64,000 bases of DNA from Dysosmobacter segnis (GCA_963602915.1 CAVCLB010000005.1:2775-66774), one strand, 5' to 3'; numbered from the stretch's first letter, positions 40,128 to 50,640 are shown. Notes: generated by a model not told the origin, from the letters alone. A program made the numbers and translations.

Positions 40128-41090
40128 TTACACATAAGTTTCGAGGAATTTGAGCGTTCCGTCCACCTTAAGAGTTTCGGTTGTTGCTGGAACAAGCAAG
40201 CTCTCGCCTGCACGCAACGTTGTGGTATTGCCCTCGTTGTCAGTGAGTGTAGCCTCACCTTTAAGTCCGATGAGGATAACAAAGCTGTCGAGTTCGGAAT
40301 AATCGAGCGTCATTGGCTCGTCAAGGTCATACACGGCGGTGCTGAAATAAGGGCACTGCACAAGCGACACCCCACGGTTCTTTGCCGGAATGTAGTCTGT
40401 GCGGTAGTCGTTTTCAACCGTATAGTTGATGCTCTCGGCAGCTTCTTTGGTGTGGAGCTGGCGGTAGTTGCCGTCCTTATCCTTGCGTTTGAAGTCGTAT
40501 ATACGGTAGGTCACGTCACTTGTCTGCTGTATTTCGGCGAGGAAACACCCCGTGCCTATGGCATGTATGCGGCCTGCAGGAAGGAAGAAGCAGTCGCCTT
40601 CTTTCACGTTGTAGCGTGCAATGGCATCGCAGATAGTGTCGTTTTCCACCATTCCGGCATACTCTTCGGGAGTGATTTCCTTCTTGAGTCCGCACAAAAG
40701 GGTGGCATCCTTATCTGAATCCATGAGATACCACATCTCGGTTTTGCCACGTTCCTTGCCCTGACGGTGTGCTATCTCGTCAGTGGGATGCACCTGTATC
40801 GACAAGTCCTGGCGCGCATCTATAAACTTAATGAGCAGCGGAAACTCGTCGCCGAAACGCTTGTAGTTGTCCTCACCCACGAGTTTTCCTTTCAGTTCAG
40901 CCACCAGTTCGTTGAGTTTCTTGCCCTCATACTCACCGTCACTCACCACAGTTTCGTTGCCGGGAACGCCTGATATTTCCCAACTTTCGCCCACATTGTC
41001 CTGTTTCACGTCAAGTTTCTTGAACGGAATGATTTTGTCGCCGCCCCAAATGGTCGACTTCAATAGTGCGTTGAATTTTAATGGTTTCAT
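40128..41090 (-). CDS. manA: mannose-6-phosphate isomerase, class I (cupin type)
   Basis: The ORF is 320 aa with MKPLKFNALLKSTIWGGDKI, GESWEISGV, LSIQVHP and AGRIHAIGTG. Confidence 0.85.
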   Translation of the reverse strand: MKPLKFNALLKSTIWGGDKIIPFKKLDVKQDNVGESWEISGVPGNETVVSDGEYEGKKLNELVAELKGKLVGEDNYKRFGDEFPLLIKFIDARQDLSIQVHPTDEIAHRQGKERGKTEMWYLMDSDKDATLLCGLKKEITPEEYAGMVENDTICDAIARYNVKEGDCFFLPAGRIHAIGTGCFLAEIQQTSDVTYRIYDFKRKDKDGNYRQLHTKEAAESINYTVENDYRTDYIPAKNRGVSLVQCPYFSTAVYDLDEPMTLDYSELDSFVILIGLKGEATLTDNEGNTTTLRAGESLLVPATTETLKVDGTLKFLETYV

Positions 41091-41198
41091 AATCTATATT
41101 TTTGTTGGTAATGTTTCTTTACATTTTCTGCATGGGCCACCTGCATTTCCATGTGCCAAGGTTACCCGACAGCAGTGCACCGCAGACTTGCTGCGTTG

Positions 41199-42650
41199 TC
41201 AATTCTCCTCCCAAAACTGCGGAGTGAAGATTACAAGCACGCTGAAAATCTCTAGACGTCCGATGAGCATAAGCACCGAACACATCCATTTAGCGGCATC
41301 GGGAAGAACGCTCCACGACATCGTTGGACCTATTTCAAGCCCTAGTGTCGGCCCCACATTGCCCAAACTGCTCAACGTTATGGTTATGGCGTTGGTGTTG
41401 TCGATGCCCATTGCAATCATCGAGAACGAGCAAATGAGGCTCAACATAAGGTAAACAGTGAGGAAGGCAAGCAGAGTTACGCGTTTGGACGACGGCACAT
41501 TCACGCCGTCAACCTTCAAAGGCAGCACCGCATTGGGATGCAGTATCTGGCGGAACTCGTTCTTTACGGTCTTCAGCAGCATCACGCCGCGCACGCACTT
41601 AAAGCCTCCGCTCGTTGAACCCGAGCACGCCCCGAAGAACATGCACACCGCCAACACCACCCAAGTGACGTGCGGCCATTGTCCGGCATCGTCGCAAACG
41701 AGGCCGGTAGTGGTTATGAACGACACCACATGAAACACCCCGCAACGGAAAGCACGTTCCAATCCGTAGCCGTTGCGCGCCATAAGTTCCACCATAAGGA
41801 ATATCGTACCGATGGCAACAAGAAAGAAATAGAACTTGAACTCGGCGCTTCCGAATAGAGCGCGGAACCTCAGACGCGACACAGAAACGTAGAGCAGAGT
41901 GAAATTAACGCCAGATACAAACGCGAAGAACGTGAGTATATACTGTATCGAAGGGCTAAGTCCGATGCAGGAGTTTACCGTTGCGAAGCCACCAGTGGCT
42001 GCCGTGGTCATGCTATAGTTTACACTGTCGAACACATTCATGCCCGCAAGCCACAAAGCAGCTATGCAAAGTGCCGTAATCACGAGGTAAACCACCCACA
42101 ACCACTTGGCATTGGTGCTCAAACGAGGGTGCAGTTTTGTCTTTATCGGGCCGGTTGCTTCGGCCGCGAACACCTTTACCGAACCGCCTACAAGCGACGG
42201 CAACAGTGCAATGGTGAAGAACACGATGCCCAATCCGCCTATCCATTGCATGAGCGAACGCCAGAAAAGCAGTCCATGCGGCAGCGATTCCACATCGTCA
42301 ATGACGCTCGCCCCGGTAGTGGTGAAGCCCGACATCGTTTCGAAGAAGGCATCGGTGAACGACGTAAGGTAGCCGCTTACCACAAACGGCAGCGTGCCGA
42401 GCAGCGAGAACACCACCCATGAGAGCGTAACCACGAGGTAGGCGTCGCGGCGCGAGAGCGTGTTGTCGCAGCCACGCCCCATAAACCGCATGAGAAAACC
42501 GCACATCGCGGTGACGGCTACGGCGCATCCGAAGGCGAGAGTGTCGTCTTCACGGTAGGCAACTGCCATTACTAGGCACACCACCATGAGCGCAGTCTCG
42601 ATGAAGAGCAGCGAACCTATGATTTTATATATCAGTTTCAGGTTTATCAT
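41199..42650 (-). CDS. trkH: TrkH family potassium uptake protein
   Basis: The ORF is 483 aa and polytopic, with repeated M1-P-M2 units (TTTGAS, TAATGGFA, TTTGLV, SLGNVGPT selectivity-filter-like motifs). Its start overlaps the trkA stop by 4 nt. Confidence 0.9.
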   Translation of the reverse strand: MINLKLIYKIIGSLLFIETALMVVCLVMAVAYREDDTLAFGCAVAVTAMCGFLMRFMGRGCDNTLSRRDAYLVVTLSWVVFSLLGTLPFVVSGYLTSFTDAFFETMSGFTTTGASVIDDVESLPHGLLFWRSLMQWIGGLGIVFFTIALLPSLVGGSVKVFAAEATGPIKTKLHPRLSTNAKWLWVVYLVITALCIAALWLAGMNVFDSVNYSMTTAATGGFATVNSCIGLSPSIQYILTFFAFVSGVNFTLLYVSVSRLRFRALFGSAEFKFYFFLVAIGTIFLMVELMARNGYGLERAFRCGVFHVVSFITTTGLVCDDAGQWPHVTWVVLAVCMFFGACSGSTSGGFKCVRGVMLLKTVKNEFRQILHPNAVLPLKVDGVNVPSSKRVTLLAFLTVYLMLSLICSFSMIAMGIDNTNAITITLSSLGNVGPTLGLEIGPTMSWSVLPDAAKWMCSVLMLIGRLEIFSVLVIFTPQFWEEN

Positions 42651-43990
42651 AGAAACATCTTCTCAACCTTCTTCATATTCAGTCCGTGGCAGAACACCAT
42701 GACCGAGTCGCCCGCCTTTATCTGCGTATTACCCGAAACAAGCATTCCCTTGCCGTCGCGCACAAGTCCGCCGATGGTCATTCCCTGCGGAAGTCCGAGC
42801 TCCTTAACCTGCCGTCGCGTTACTTTCGAGCCTTCGGTGGGAATGAATTCGGCCACGTCGGCATTGGCAGTCATCAAAAACCGCACATTATGCACGTTTG
42901 CATCGAGCATCATCTGGTAGATATGGCTCGCGGCGATAGACTTCTTGTTGATTATCGTACCTATGTCTAGACTCTCAGCCATGCTCACATAGTCGATGTT
43001 CTCAACCATTGCCACAGTCTTTCTCACGCCCATGCGCTTGGCAGTAAGGCATGCCAGTATATTGGTTTCGGCATTGCCGGTGAGAGCGACAAACGCCTGA
43101 GTGTTCTTTATGCCCTCTTCCACGAGCAAGGCAGTGTCGCGTCCGTCGCCGTTTATCACGAGAGCGTCCTTGTCTTCGAGCAAAGTATTGAGGCGTTCAC
43201 AACGTTGTTCGTCGCTTTCTATAATCTTCACGCCCATATATCCGGGCATGGTTTTCACAGTGCGCACGGCAGTAGCACCACCGCCCATAATCATAACGTT
43301 CTTCACATCGACGTAGTGTTCCTTGCCAACTATCTTTCTTACATAGGGAATGAACTGCCGTGTGGTCATGAAATAAGCCATGTCGTAGAGCTTGAGCTGG
43401 TCGTTTCCGCCCGGGATTATGGTGTCGCTGCCGCGTTTTATGGCCACAATATGATAAGGATCATCAGGTCCGCAGAGTTGGCGCAACGGTTGGTTGAGTA
43501 TCTCGCACGTCTCCCTCAGCTTTATGGCAAGCATCACGAGCGCACCGTCGTGCACGTCCCACCGTTGCCTCACCCACGACATTTTCAATCCGTTGTTTAT
43601 GTCTTTGGCCGCGAGCATCTCCGGATAGATTATCGAACTTATGCCGAGGTTGGCGAAAAAGTCGCGCAATTCGGGTTCAATATATTCGGCATTGTCTATC
43701 TTCGACACCGTTTTCTTTGCGCCGAGAGCCTTTGCCAGCACGCAGGCGGTCATGTTTTGGTTTTCGTCGGGAGTAACGGCTATGAAGAGATCGGCATGTT
43801 CCACGCCTGCATTTTTAAGACTTTTCACGCTTGTGGGCGATGCCTCCATGGTGAGAAGATCGAAATCTGCGCCTATGCCGGCAAGCCTTTCGTCGTCGGT
43901 ATCGATTACGGTTATGTCCTCATGGTCGCGTGCAAGCAGCCGAGCGAGGTGTGTTCCAATGGCGTATGCGCCTGCGATGACTATCTTCAT
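42647..43990 (-). CDS. trkA: Trk system NAD-binding subunit TrkA (two RCK modules)
   Basis: It has [19 protein letters not shown] and a second Rossmann fold ([13 protein letters not shown]). The start is trimmed to ATG 43990 and overlaps the dxs stop (ATGA). Confidence 0.9.
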   Translation of the reverse strand: MKIVIAGAYAIGTHLARLLARDHEDITVIDTDDERLAGIGADFDLLTMEASPTSVKSLKNAGVEHADLFIAVTPDENQNMTACVLAKALGAKKTVSKIDNAEYIEPELRDFFANLGISSIIYPEMLAAKDINNGLKMSWVRQRWDVHDGALVMLAIKLRETCEILNQPLRQLCGPDDPYHIVAIKRGSDTIIPGGNDQLKLYDMAYFMTTRQFIPYVRKIVGKEHYVDVKNVMIMGGGATAVRTVKTMPGYMGVKIIESDEQRCERLNTLLEDKDALVINGDGRDTALLVEEGIKNTQAFVALTGNAETNILACLTAKRMGVRKTVAMVENIDYVSMAESLDIGTIINKKSIAASHIYQMMLDANVHNVRFLMTANADVAEFIPTEGSKVTRRQVKELGLPQGMTIGGLVRDGKGMLVSGNTQIKAGDSVMVFCHGLNMKKVEKMFL

Positions 43991-45918
43991 GGTTGTTTTT
44001 CTTGTAGGCCGCGAGCCACACATTCCTTTACAGTGTGTTTTATCGACTCGGTGTCGATGCCCGCTATGCGGTGCAATTCGTCCACTGTGCCGTGCTCAAT
44101 AAAGCGGTCGGGCAGCCCCATTCTCACTATTTCGGTGGCGCAGCGGTGGTCGCTCATCCACTCAAGCACGGCACTCCCCACTCCACCTGCACGCATTCCG
44201 TCTTCGATTGTTATAATGCAACCAAACCGCGAAGCCACATCCTGGAGCAAATCTGTGTCAAGTGGCTTTGCGAAACGCAGGTCGTAGTGGGCCACACTTG
44301 CCCCGAAGCCTTCGTCGCGGAGTTCAACAATGGCCTTCTGCACATCGTTTCCCACCGGCCCATAGCTCAGCACTGCGATGTCACGGCCGTCAGAAACCAT
44401 GCGTCCTTTGCCTATTTCCACTTCCTCCAAGGCGCAGTGCCAATCGGTGCGCACGCCCCTTCCACGCGGATAGCGTATCACGAACGTGCCCTTTCCGGGC
44501 ATTTGTGCCGTGTACATGAGTCTGCGCAGTTCGCATTCGTCCATAGGCGAAGCGAGTGTAATATTGGGCACGGGACGCAGCGAAGCGATGTCGAACACGC
44601 CATGATGCGTAGGTCCGTCTTCGCCCACGAGTCCGGCGCGGTCAAGGCAGAACACCACCGGCAGATTGAGAATGGCTGCATCGTGAATGATGTTGTCGTA
44701 GGCGCGCTGTGCGAATGCACTGTATATGTTGCAGAACGGCACGAGTCCGTCCTTTGCCATGCCGCATGCGAACGTTGCAGCATGCCCTTCGGCAATGCCA
44801 ACGTCAAACACCCGGTCGGGCATGGCCTTCATCATGATGTTCATAGAGCACCCCGTTGGCATGGCGGGAGTAACCCCCACGATGCGGTTGTTGGCCTGGG
44901 CGAGCTCGAGCAGAGTGTTGCCGAACACGTCCTGATATTTAGGCGGCATGCCGGTGGTGTCGCATTTCACGCGCTCACCAGTCTCCGGGTCGAACTTTCC
45001 GGGTGCATGCCAAATGGTAGCCTCATTCTCGGCAGGCTTGTAGCCCTTGCCCTTCACGGTGTGCAGATGCAGCAGTTTCGGGCCGCGCATGTCTTTGAGC
45101 TGACGCAATATGCGCACCATCTCGGTCACGTTGTTGCCGTCGAACGGACCGAAATAGCGTATGTTCATGCCCTCGAAGATGTTCTGCTGATGACTTATAA
45201 CCGATTTCAGTGCATTGTTAAGGCGTATGATGCCCTTGCGCCTGTCCTCGTTGAGATAGCCTTTAGAATGCAACCACTGCGAAGCCTTGAAGCGCAGGCG
45301 GTTGTAGGTGGCGTTGGTGTCGAGGTTGAGCAGATATTTCTCCATGCCACCCACGGCACGGTCGATGCTCATATCATTGTCGTTGAGGATGATGAGCAGG
45401 TCGTTGGGCGACGACGACGCGTTGTTGATGCCCTCGAATGCGAGCCCTCCGCTCATAGCCCCGTCGCCTATTACGGCCACCACATGGCGGTCGTCATGTC
45501 CCGTTTTGCGTGCGGCCACGGCCATGCCGAGTGCTGCCGAGATGGAGTTGGAGGCGTGTCCGCAGGTGAATGTGTCATATTCGCTTTCCTGAGGGCTCGG
45601 AAACGGGCGCACGCCATGCAGCTTGCGGTTGGTGCAGAAGTTGTCGCCGCGCCCCGTGAGTATCTTGTGCCCGTAGGCCTGATGCCCCACATCCCACACG
45701 ATGCGGTCGTAGGGGGTGTCGAAAACATAGTGCAGAGCCACCGTGAGCTCCACCACTCCGAGCGACGAGGCGAGGTGTCCGGGGTTCACCGACAGTTCTT
45801 CCACGATGTCGCGGCGCAGTTCGTCGCACACTTCGGGCAGTTGCTCCACGCCGAGCTTGCGCAGGTCGTCGGGATATTTAATGGTTGACAGAAGTCCTAA
45901 CTTATCTTTGTTCATCAC
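43987..45918 (-). CDS. dxs: 1-deoxy-D-xylulose-5-phosphate synthase
   Basis: The ORF is 643 aa with [36 protein letters not shown] and the TPP box [17 protein letters not shown]. Confidence 0.96.
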   Translation of the reverse strand: MMNKDKLGLLSTIKYPDDLRKLGVEQLPEVCDELRRDIVEELSVNPGHLASSLGVVELTVALHYVFDTPYDRIVWDVGHQAYGHKILTGRGDNFCTNRKLHGVRPFPSPQESEYDTFTCGHASNSISAALGMAVAARKTGHDDRHVVAVIGDGAMSGGLAFEGINNASSSPNDLLIILNDNDMSIDRAVGGMEKYLLNLDTNATYNRLRFKASQWLHSKGYLNEDRRKGIIRLNNALKSVISHQQNIFEGMNIRYFGPFDGNNVTEMVRILRQLKDMRGPKLLHLHTVKGKGYKPAENEATIWHAPGKFDPETGERVKCDTTGMPPKYQDVFGNTLLELAQANNRIVGVTPAMPTGCSMNIMMKAMPDRVFDVGIAEGHAATFACGMAKDGLVPFCNIYSAFAQRAYDNIIHDAAILNLPVVFCLDRAGLVGEDGPTHHGVFDIASLRPVPNITLASPMDECELRRLMYTAQMPGKGTFVIRYPRGRGVRTDWHCALEEVEIGKGRMVSDGRDIAVLSYGPVGNDVQKAIVELRDEGFGASVAHYDLRFAKPLDTDLLQDVASRFGCIITIEDGMRAGGVGSAVLEWMSDHRCATEIVRMGLPDRFIEHGTVDELHRIAGIDTESIKHTVKECVARGLQEKQP

Positions 45919-45995
45919 TGTATTATGCGAATATTGAAATGGGCCGGCATTTGCAAAGCACGCTTTGGCAGTCCGGCCGCATACAATATATTATG

Positions 45996-46003
45996 CAAAG
46001 ATA
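45996..46003 (-). promoter_or_regulatory. -7 promoter box TATCTTTG upstream of dxs-trkA-trkH
   Basis: The plus strand reads caaagata, about 77 nt upstream of ATG 45918. Confidence 0.4.
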
Positions 46004-46163
46004 GTGTAAAAGGGCGAATTTGCAAAACAAAATTCTCCAATTTTGCCTTTCTGTGGCAGCCTATGCCGCCACGCCGGCACATGTTTCCCGGCGTGCAATT
46101 GCACCGCATCGATTCTCGGGAAACCGGCATCGGCAACGGCAGTGCGGTTTCACCGCATTGCCG

Positions 46164-46571
46164 TCATTTGTTGTCGCTGTAATATTTCAGTCCGCCGCGC
46201 ATTGTCTTTATGAGTGCTTTCGACGAGTAGGTGGCACCGCTCACGGCATCTACCTGCATTTTCTGCGCCTCGTCCACGCTCTTGCCCACAAATTTCTGCA
46301 GCAGTTTTTCGGCGCGGTCAAACACGCTTGGTGTCTCCTGGTTGGGCAGAGCCTCAACGTTTGTTATCTTGCCGTTGGTGAGATATATCTTCAATGGGGT
46401 GGCACTGGCATAACCTCTCACTCCCTTCACCACATGGGTTGTGTTCACAATCACCGTGTTGCCTTTCTTTGTAATGGCCTTCTTGGCGGGCTTGCCGCTT
46501 GTGGTTACAACGGCGAGAAGCACTGCTGCCGCCACGGCAAGCGTTTTGAAAATAGGATTGTTCATCTTCAT
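46164..46571 (-). CDS. FMN-binding domain protein, small, exported or membrane-anchored
   Basis: The protein is 135 aa from MKMNNPIFKTLAVAAAVLLAVV. It has the FMN_bind motif VDAVSGATYSSKAL. The start is trimmed from the track's 46763, which would overlap nhaD. Confidence 0.8.
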   Translation of the reverse strand: MKMNNPIFKTLAVAAAVLLAVVTTSGKPAKKAITKKGNTVIVNTTHVVKGVRGYASATPLKIYLTNGKITNVEALPNQETPSVFDRAEKLLQKFVGKSVDEAQKMQVDAVSGATYSSKALIKTMRGGLKYYSDNK

Positions 46572-46592
46572 CTTGTTTAAAATTCGCGTCGG

Positions 46593-46600
46593 CAAAGTTA
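46593..46600 (-). promoter_or_regulatory. -7 promoter box TAACTTTG upstream of the FMN-binding protein gene
   Basis: The plus strand reads caaagtta, 21 nt upstream of ATG 46571. Confidence 0.5.
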
Positions 46601-46698
46601 CTAAAAAACGCGGTTGCCGGAAAACGCGGTTGCCTAAATAATGCAAAATCGCGTTTCCCGGCATTGCGAAAGCCGTATTATGCGCAGCCGTCAGACTG

Positions 46699-48072
46699 CT
46701 ATGCGGCAAAGACGAACGTGCGTATGAGCCAGTAGCACAGTATGCCTGCGATGTAGCCCACAAACGCCAGCCATGTGATGTGCTTCATATACCACCCGAA
46801 GGTGATTTTCTCCAAGCCCATCACCACCACGCCTGCCGCGCTACCAATGATGAGCATCGATCCGCCCACACCTGCACAGTAGGCAAGGAGCTGCCAGAAC
46901 ACGCCGTCAACAGCCATGTCGCCCACCGCCTCAACGGGATACATGCCCATGCATCCGGCCACGAGCGGCACGTTGTCAACTATACTCGACAGCACGCCGA
47001 TGATGCCCGTAACGATGTAGTGGTTGCCGTTGAAAGCCACATTGAGGCCCTTGCCCATTGCAGTGAGCACTCCCACCTCGGCCAAACACGATACGGCCAT
47101 GAGAATGCCAAGGAAGAAAAGTATGGTGCTCATGTCTACACGCGAGAGCAGTTTGGTTACGCGTTTCTGCGTTCCTTCGTCGTCATGCCCACGGTGCAAG
47201 TTGCGGTAGAACACTTCGGTTACTGTCCACAGCACGCCGAGAACGAGTAGTATGCCCACAAACGGCGGCAGACCGGTGAGGCTTTTGAACACGGGGACGA
47301 ATATCAAACCGCCCACACCGAGCCAGAACACTGCCTTGCGCTGTCCCGAAGTGAAGTCGCCCACACCAGCATTCTGTGCCGAGCGGCTTTCGGGATAGGT
47401 AAGTTCGCCTTTGAGTGAGTATTGCATGAAGAATGCCGGTATTGCCATTGACACCAGAGAGGGGATGAAAATCTCCGACATTACGCCCAAGGCCGTAATC
47501 AAACCCTTGTTCCACAGCATTATCGTGGTCACGTCGCCTATCGGCGAGAACGCTCCGCCCGAGTTGGCAGCAATGATTACGAGCGAGGCAAAGATGATGC
47601 GGTCGCGGCGGTCGGCCACCAGTTTGCGCAGTATCATCACCATTACAATGCTTGTAGTGAGGTTGTCGAGTATGGCCGAAAGGAAGAATGTCATAAAGGC
47701 GATGCGCCACAACAGGGCACGTTTCGACTTTGTTTTCATCACCTTGCGCACCCAGTTGAAGCCGCCGTTCTGATCGACTATCTCAACGATGGTCATGGCT
47801 CCCATGAGGAAGAACAGCGTGGTTGAGGTGTCGCCAAGGTGTTCCTGTATTATTGTCGTGACTTTTTCATGCACGCCCGAGCCGTCGCCCACGATGAAGT
47901 CGGGGTGCATGAGAGTAAGAAACTGCGTGGGGTCAACCATGTAGAGTGTCCAGCACGCCACGAGCATAAGGAGGGCAATGGCCGCCTTGTTCACTTTCGT
48001 CAGGCTTTCGGTGGCTATCAATGCATAGCCAAGCACGAAAACGACGACGATTGAAATTGTCAATGTTGTCAT
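46699..48072 (-). CDS. nhaD: NhaD/ArsB-superfamily Na+/H+ antiporter
   Basis: The ORF is 457 aa with about 12 TM segments. The N-terminus MTTLTISIVVVFVLGYALIATESLTKVNKAAIALL is typical of NhaD-type antiporters. Confidence 0.8.
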   Translation of the reverse strand: MTTLTISIVVVFVLGYALIATESLTKVNKAAIALLMLVACWTLYMVDPTQFLTLMHPDFIVGDGSGVHEKVTTIIQEHLGDTSTTLFFLMGAMTIVEIVDQNGGFNWVRKVMKTKSKRALLWRIAFMTFFLSAILDNLTTSIVMVMILRKLVADRRDRIIFASLVIIAANSGGAFSPIGDVTTIMLWNKGLITALGVMSEIFIPSLVSMAIPAFFMQYSLKGELTYPESRSAQNAGVGDFTSGQRKAVFWLGVGGLIFVPVFKSLTGLPPFVGILLVLGVLWTVTEVFYRNLHRGHDDEGTQKRVTKLLSRVDMSTILFFLGILMAVSCLAEVGVLTAMGKGLNVAFNGNHYIVTGIIGVLSSIVDNVPLVAGCMGMYPVEAVGDMAVDGVFWQLLAYCAGVGGSMLIIGSAAGVVVMGLEKITFGWYMKHITWLAFVGYIAGILCYWLIRTFVFAA

Positions 48073-48169
48073 TCCGGTTTTATGATTTAAATGTTACAAA
48101 CAGTAGTCGCGCTACAAGCACTGCACGGCCTGGTTGTGCAACCGTTGTGCCGACAGTGTTATGCGGGTG

Positions 48170-48177
48170 CAAAAATA
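48170..48177 (-). promoter_or_regulatory. -7 promoter box TATTTTTG upstream of nhaD
   Basis: The plus strand reads caaaaata, about 97 nt upstream of ATG 48072. A TTTG lies about 20 nt further upstream inside the palindrome at 48190-48208. Confidence 0.45.
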
Positions 48178-48297
48178 GCGAAAAAAAACTTACAAATATA
48201 ATTTGTAACCAAAAAGTAACAGCCAAAACATGCGTTACCGCTCATCCGGAGCAATACTGTTGCAGAACGACACACGGCTTTACTGTTCGTGCGGCAA

Positions 48298-48384
48298 GGC
48301 TTCGCGGCGGCGTGCTGCATATGGTGTACGCTCATGCTGCATGTGATGCACGCTCGTGCAGCGGCTGCGCCACGCCCATGCGGA
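48298..48384. repeat. GC-rich palindromic repeat family, locus D
   Basis: GGCTTCGCGGCGGCGTGCTGCATATGGTGTACGC is the near reverse complement of the locus C end (GCGTGCAGCACATGATGCACGCGGCGGCGAAGCC). It also contains TGCAT-GTG-ATGCA, TGCACG-CT-CGTGCA and GCAGC-G-GCTGC mini-palindromes. Confidence 0.7.
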
Positions 48385-48420
48385 GCACTGCCTGTGCCGC
48401 GAAACCAACATGCCGCCATG

Positions 48421-48468
48421 AAAACAAATACCCGCATCCGTCACAGATAACTATGTGTCGGATGCGGG
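48421..48468 (-). terminator. rho-independent terminator of aguB
   Basis: On the minus strand the stem CCCGCATCCG..CGGATGCGGG is followed by TATTTGTTTT. Confidence 0.8.
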
Positions 48469-48504
48469 TAATGTGTTGCTGTGGGCATTAGGTTTGCACT
48501 GATG

Positions 48505-49389
48505 TCAGTCGATGAAGCGGCGCGTGATGCCGTCGTAAGCCTCTATGCGGCGGTCGCGCAGGAACGGCCACCATCGGCGCACGTCTTCGCTGTGCGAGAG
48601 GTCAACCTCAACCACGGTGCATTCTTCGTCGCTTTCAGATGCACGGTAGAGCATTTCGCCCTGCGGCCCGACAACCATCGAACTGCCCCAGAACTGTATT
48701 CCGGGCGTAAGCTGACTGGGGTCGGGCTCGAAGCCGGTGCGGTTGACCGTGACTACCGGCAGACCGTTGGCCACGGCGTGGCCGCGCTGCACGGTGGTCC
48801 ATGCCTCGCGCTGACGCTGTTGCTCGTCGTGTGGGTCGCTTGCGGCATAGCCTATGGCCGTGGGATAGATGAGTATTTCGGCTCCTTGCAGTGCCATAAG
48901 GCGTGCTGCCTCGGGATACCACTGGTCCCAGCACACCATTACGCCGAGCCTTCCGAGACTTGTGTCGATGGGATGGAAGCCGAGGTCGCCGGGCGTGAAA
49001 TAGAACTTTTCATAATAGGCCGGGTCGTCGGGTATGTGCATCTTGCGATATTTGCCCGCTATCGTGCCGTCGCTCTCTATCACCACTGCCGTGTTGTGGT
49101 AAAGTCCGGGGGCGCGCCGCTCAAACAGCGAGGTTACTATCACCACGCCGCACTGCCGTGCCACCTCGCCGAAGAACCTTGTTGACTTGCCCGGTATGGG
49201 TTCGGCCAAATCGAAATTGTCAACATTCTCTTCCTGGCAGAAATACAGAGAGTTGTGCAGTTCCTGCAACACCACGAGCTGGGCTCCGCGTTGTGCGAGC
49301 TGGGCAATGCCTTCGGCAAGACGCTTCATGTTGTCGGCGGTGTCGGCAGTATTGTGCTGTTGCAGAAATCCTATCTTTATTTTCTTCAT
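48505..49389 (-). CDS. aguB: N-carbamoylputrescine amidase (carbon-nitrogen hydrolase family)
   Basis: The ORF is 294 aa with LVVLQELH (Glu), YRKMHIPD (Lys) and VMVCWDQWYPEAAR (Cys) as the catalytic triad context. Confidence 0.88.
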   Translation of the reverse strand: MKKIKIGFLQQHNTADTADNMKRLAEGIAQLAQRGAQLVVLQELHNSLYFCQEENVDNFDLAEPIPGKSTRFFGEVARQCGVVIVTSLFERRAPGLYHNTAVVIESDGTIAGKYRKMHIPDDPAYYEKFYFTPGDLGFHPIDTSLGRLGVMVCWDQWYPEAARLMALQGAEILIYPTAIGYAASDPHDEQQRQREAWTTVQRGHAVANGLPVVTVNRTGFEPDPSQLTPGIQFWGSSMVVGPQGEMLYRASESDEECTVVEVDLSHSEDVRRWWPFLRDRRIEAYDGITRRFID

Positions 49390-49414
49390 TGTTGTCGTGT
49401 TTTTGGGTTTGCTA

Positions 49415-50491
49415 TTATTCTTCTGCCGGCGCGAAAGCCTCCTTGGGATATTGCATCGTGAGGCAGTGTATCGAACCGTGCTGGCGTATTATCGTGCGGG
49501 CGTCGATGCCTATTATCTCACGCCCGGGGAATGCTTCGGCCACCGTGCGCAGTGCATAGGCATCGTTGTCGGGCTGTGCATAGGTGGGCACAATCACCGC
49601 ACCATTGATTACAAGGAAGTTGGCATAGGTGGCAGGAAGCCTTTCGTCGCCGTCGTATATGGGCTGCGGCATGGGCAGAGACATGAGTTTATATGGCTTT
49701 TCATCGGCATCGGTCACGCCGCGCAGCTGCTCTTCGAGGGCTACGAAGTCGTCGTGCTGCGGGTCGTCGGGGCTTCCACTGCCCACATAAAGCAATATTC
49801 TGCCGGGCGCGGTGCGCACTATCGTGTCGATGTGGCCGTCGGTGTCGTCGCCAATGAGCGTGCCGTGGTCGAGCCACACAATCTTGCGTGCCCCGAGACG
49901 GAGAAGGAGTTGGCGTTCGATGTCGTCCTTGGTGAGCGGCTGGTTGCGGTTGGGTGCGAGCAGACACTGGCTTGTGGTGAGAACGGTGCCGTTGCCGTCG
50001 CTCTCAATCGAACCGCCTTCGAGCACGAAATCGCCGCAGTCAACACGTTCTCCGGCAAACATTCCGGCGGCATGCAGGGTGCTGTTTATGCGGTTGTCTC
50101 GGTCGGCCGCGAATTTCTTTCCCCACCCGTTGAAACAGAAGTCGAGCAAGTGCACGGGCGCATCGGGGCTATTCTGGCTTACGGTGGTGATGAAAGCGTG
50201 GTCGCGCGCCCATGTGTCGTCGTTGTCGCAGGCGCATACCGTAACCCTCGCGAGGCTCTCCTGACTGAGGCGCGAGGCAAGAGTCTGCATCACATCGTGC
50301 GGATTGCGGGCGGCAACAAGCAGCCTTTCGTGGCGCGTTATGGCCTCGGCAATGTCGGCAAAGGTGCGGGTAATGTCGTCAAGATAGGGTTGCCAGTCGG
50401 TGTCGGCATGCGGCCATGTGAGCTGAACACAGCCCTGCTCATGCCATTCGGGCGGCAAAGCATAGTCGTAATGTGGTGTTGTCGTTGGCAT
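49415..50491 (-). CDS. aguA: agmatine deiminase
   Basis: The ORF is 358 aa with TWARDHAFIT, LEGGSIESDGNGTVLTTSQCLL and a C-terminal GSIHCLTMQ (catalytic Cys). Confidence 0.9.
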   Translation of the reverse strand: MPTTTPHYDYALPPEWHEQGCVQLTWPHADTDWQPYLDDITRTFADIAEAITRHERLLVAARNPHDVMQTLASRLSQESLARVTVCACDNDDTWARDHAFITTVSQNSPDAPVHLLDFCFNGWGKKFAADRDNRINSTLHAAGMFAGERVDCGDFVLEGGSIESDGNGTVLTTSQCLLAPNRNQPLTKDDIERQLLLRLGARKIVWLDHGTLIGDDTDGHIDTIVRTAPGRILLYVGSGSPDDPQHDDFVALEEQLRGVTDADEKPYKLMSLPMPQPIYDGDERLPATYANFLVINGAVIVPTYAQPDNDAYALRTVAEAFPGREIIGIDARTIIRQHGSIHCLTMQYPKEAFAPAEE

Positions 50492-50640
50492 TTTCTGTCG
50501 TGTGGTGTGTAGTTAACCTTATTGTTGTGCATTGCAAATGTAGCCAAAAAAAACGAATGCATGGCTCATGGCGGCACGTTTTTTGCCGTGCCCGTGCAAA
50601 AAACAAGCCCGCACGAAAGCCGCAAACCGATTTTTTGCAG

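Noticed and set aside
44035-45888. A 617-aa plus-strand ORF spans almost the whole dxs region.
   Set aside because: It is the antisense shadow frame of dxs. Its composition is H/V/A/G-rich with no motifs, whereas the minus strand has unmistakable Dxs motifs (TPP box, [13 protein letters not shown]).
49187-50512. A 441-aa plus-strand ORF lies opposite aguB and aguA.
   Set aside because: It runs antisense across two confidently identified genes and their spacer, and its composition is typical of a shadow frame.
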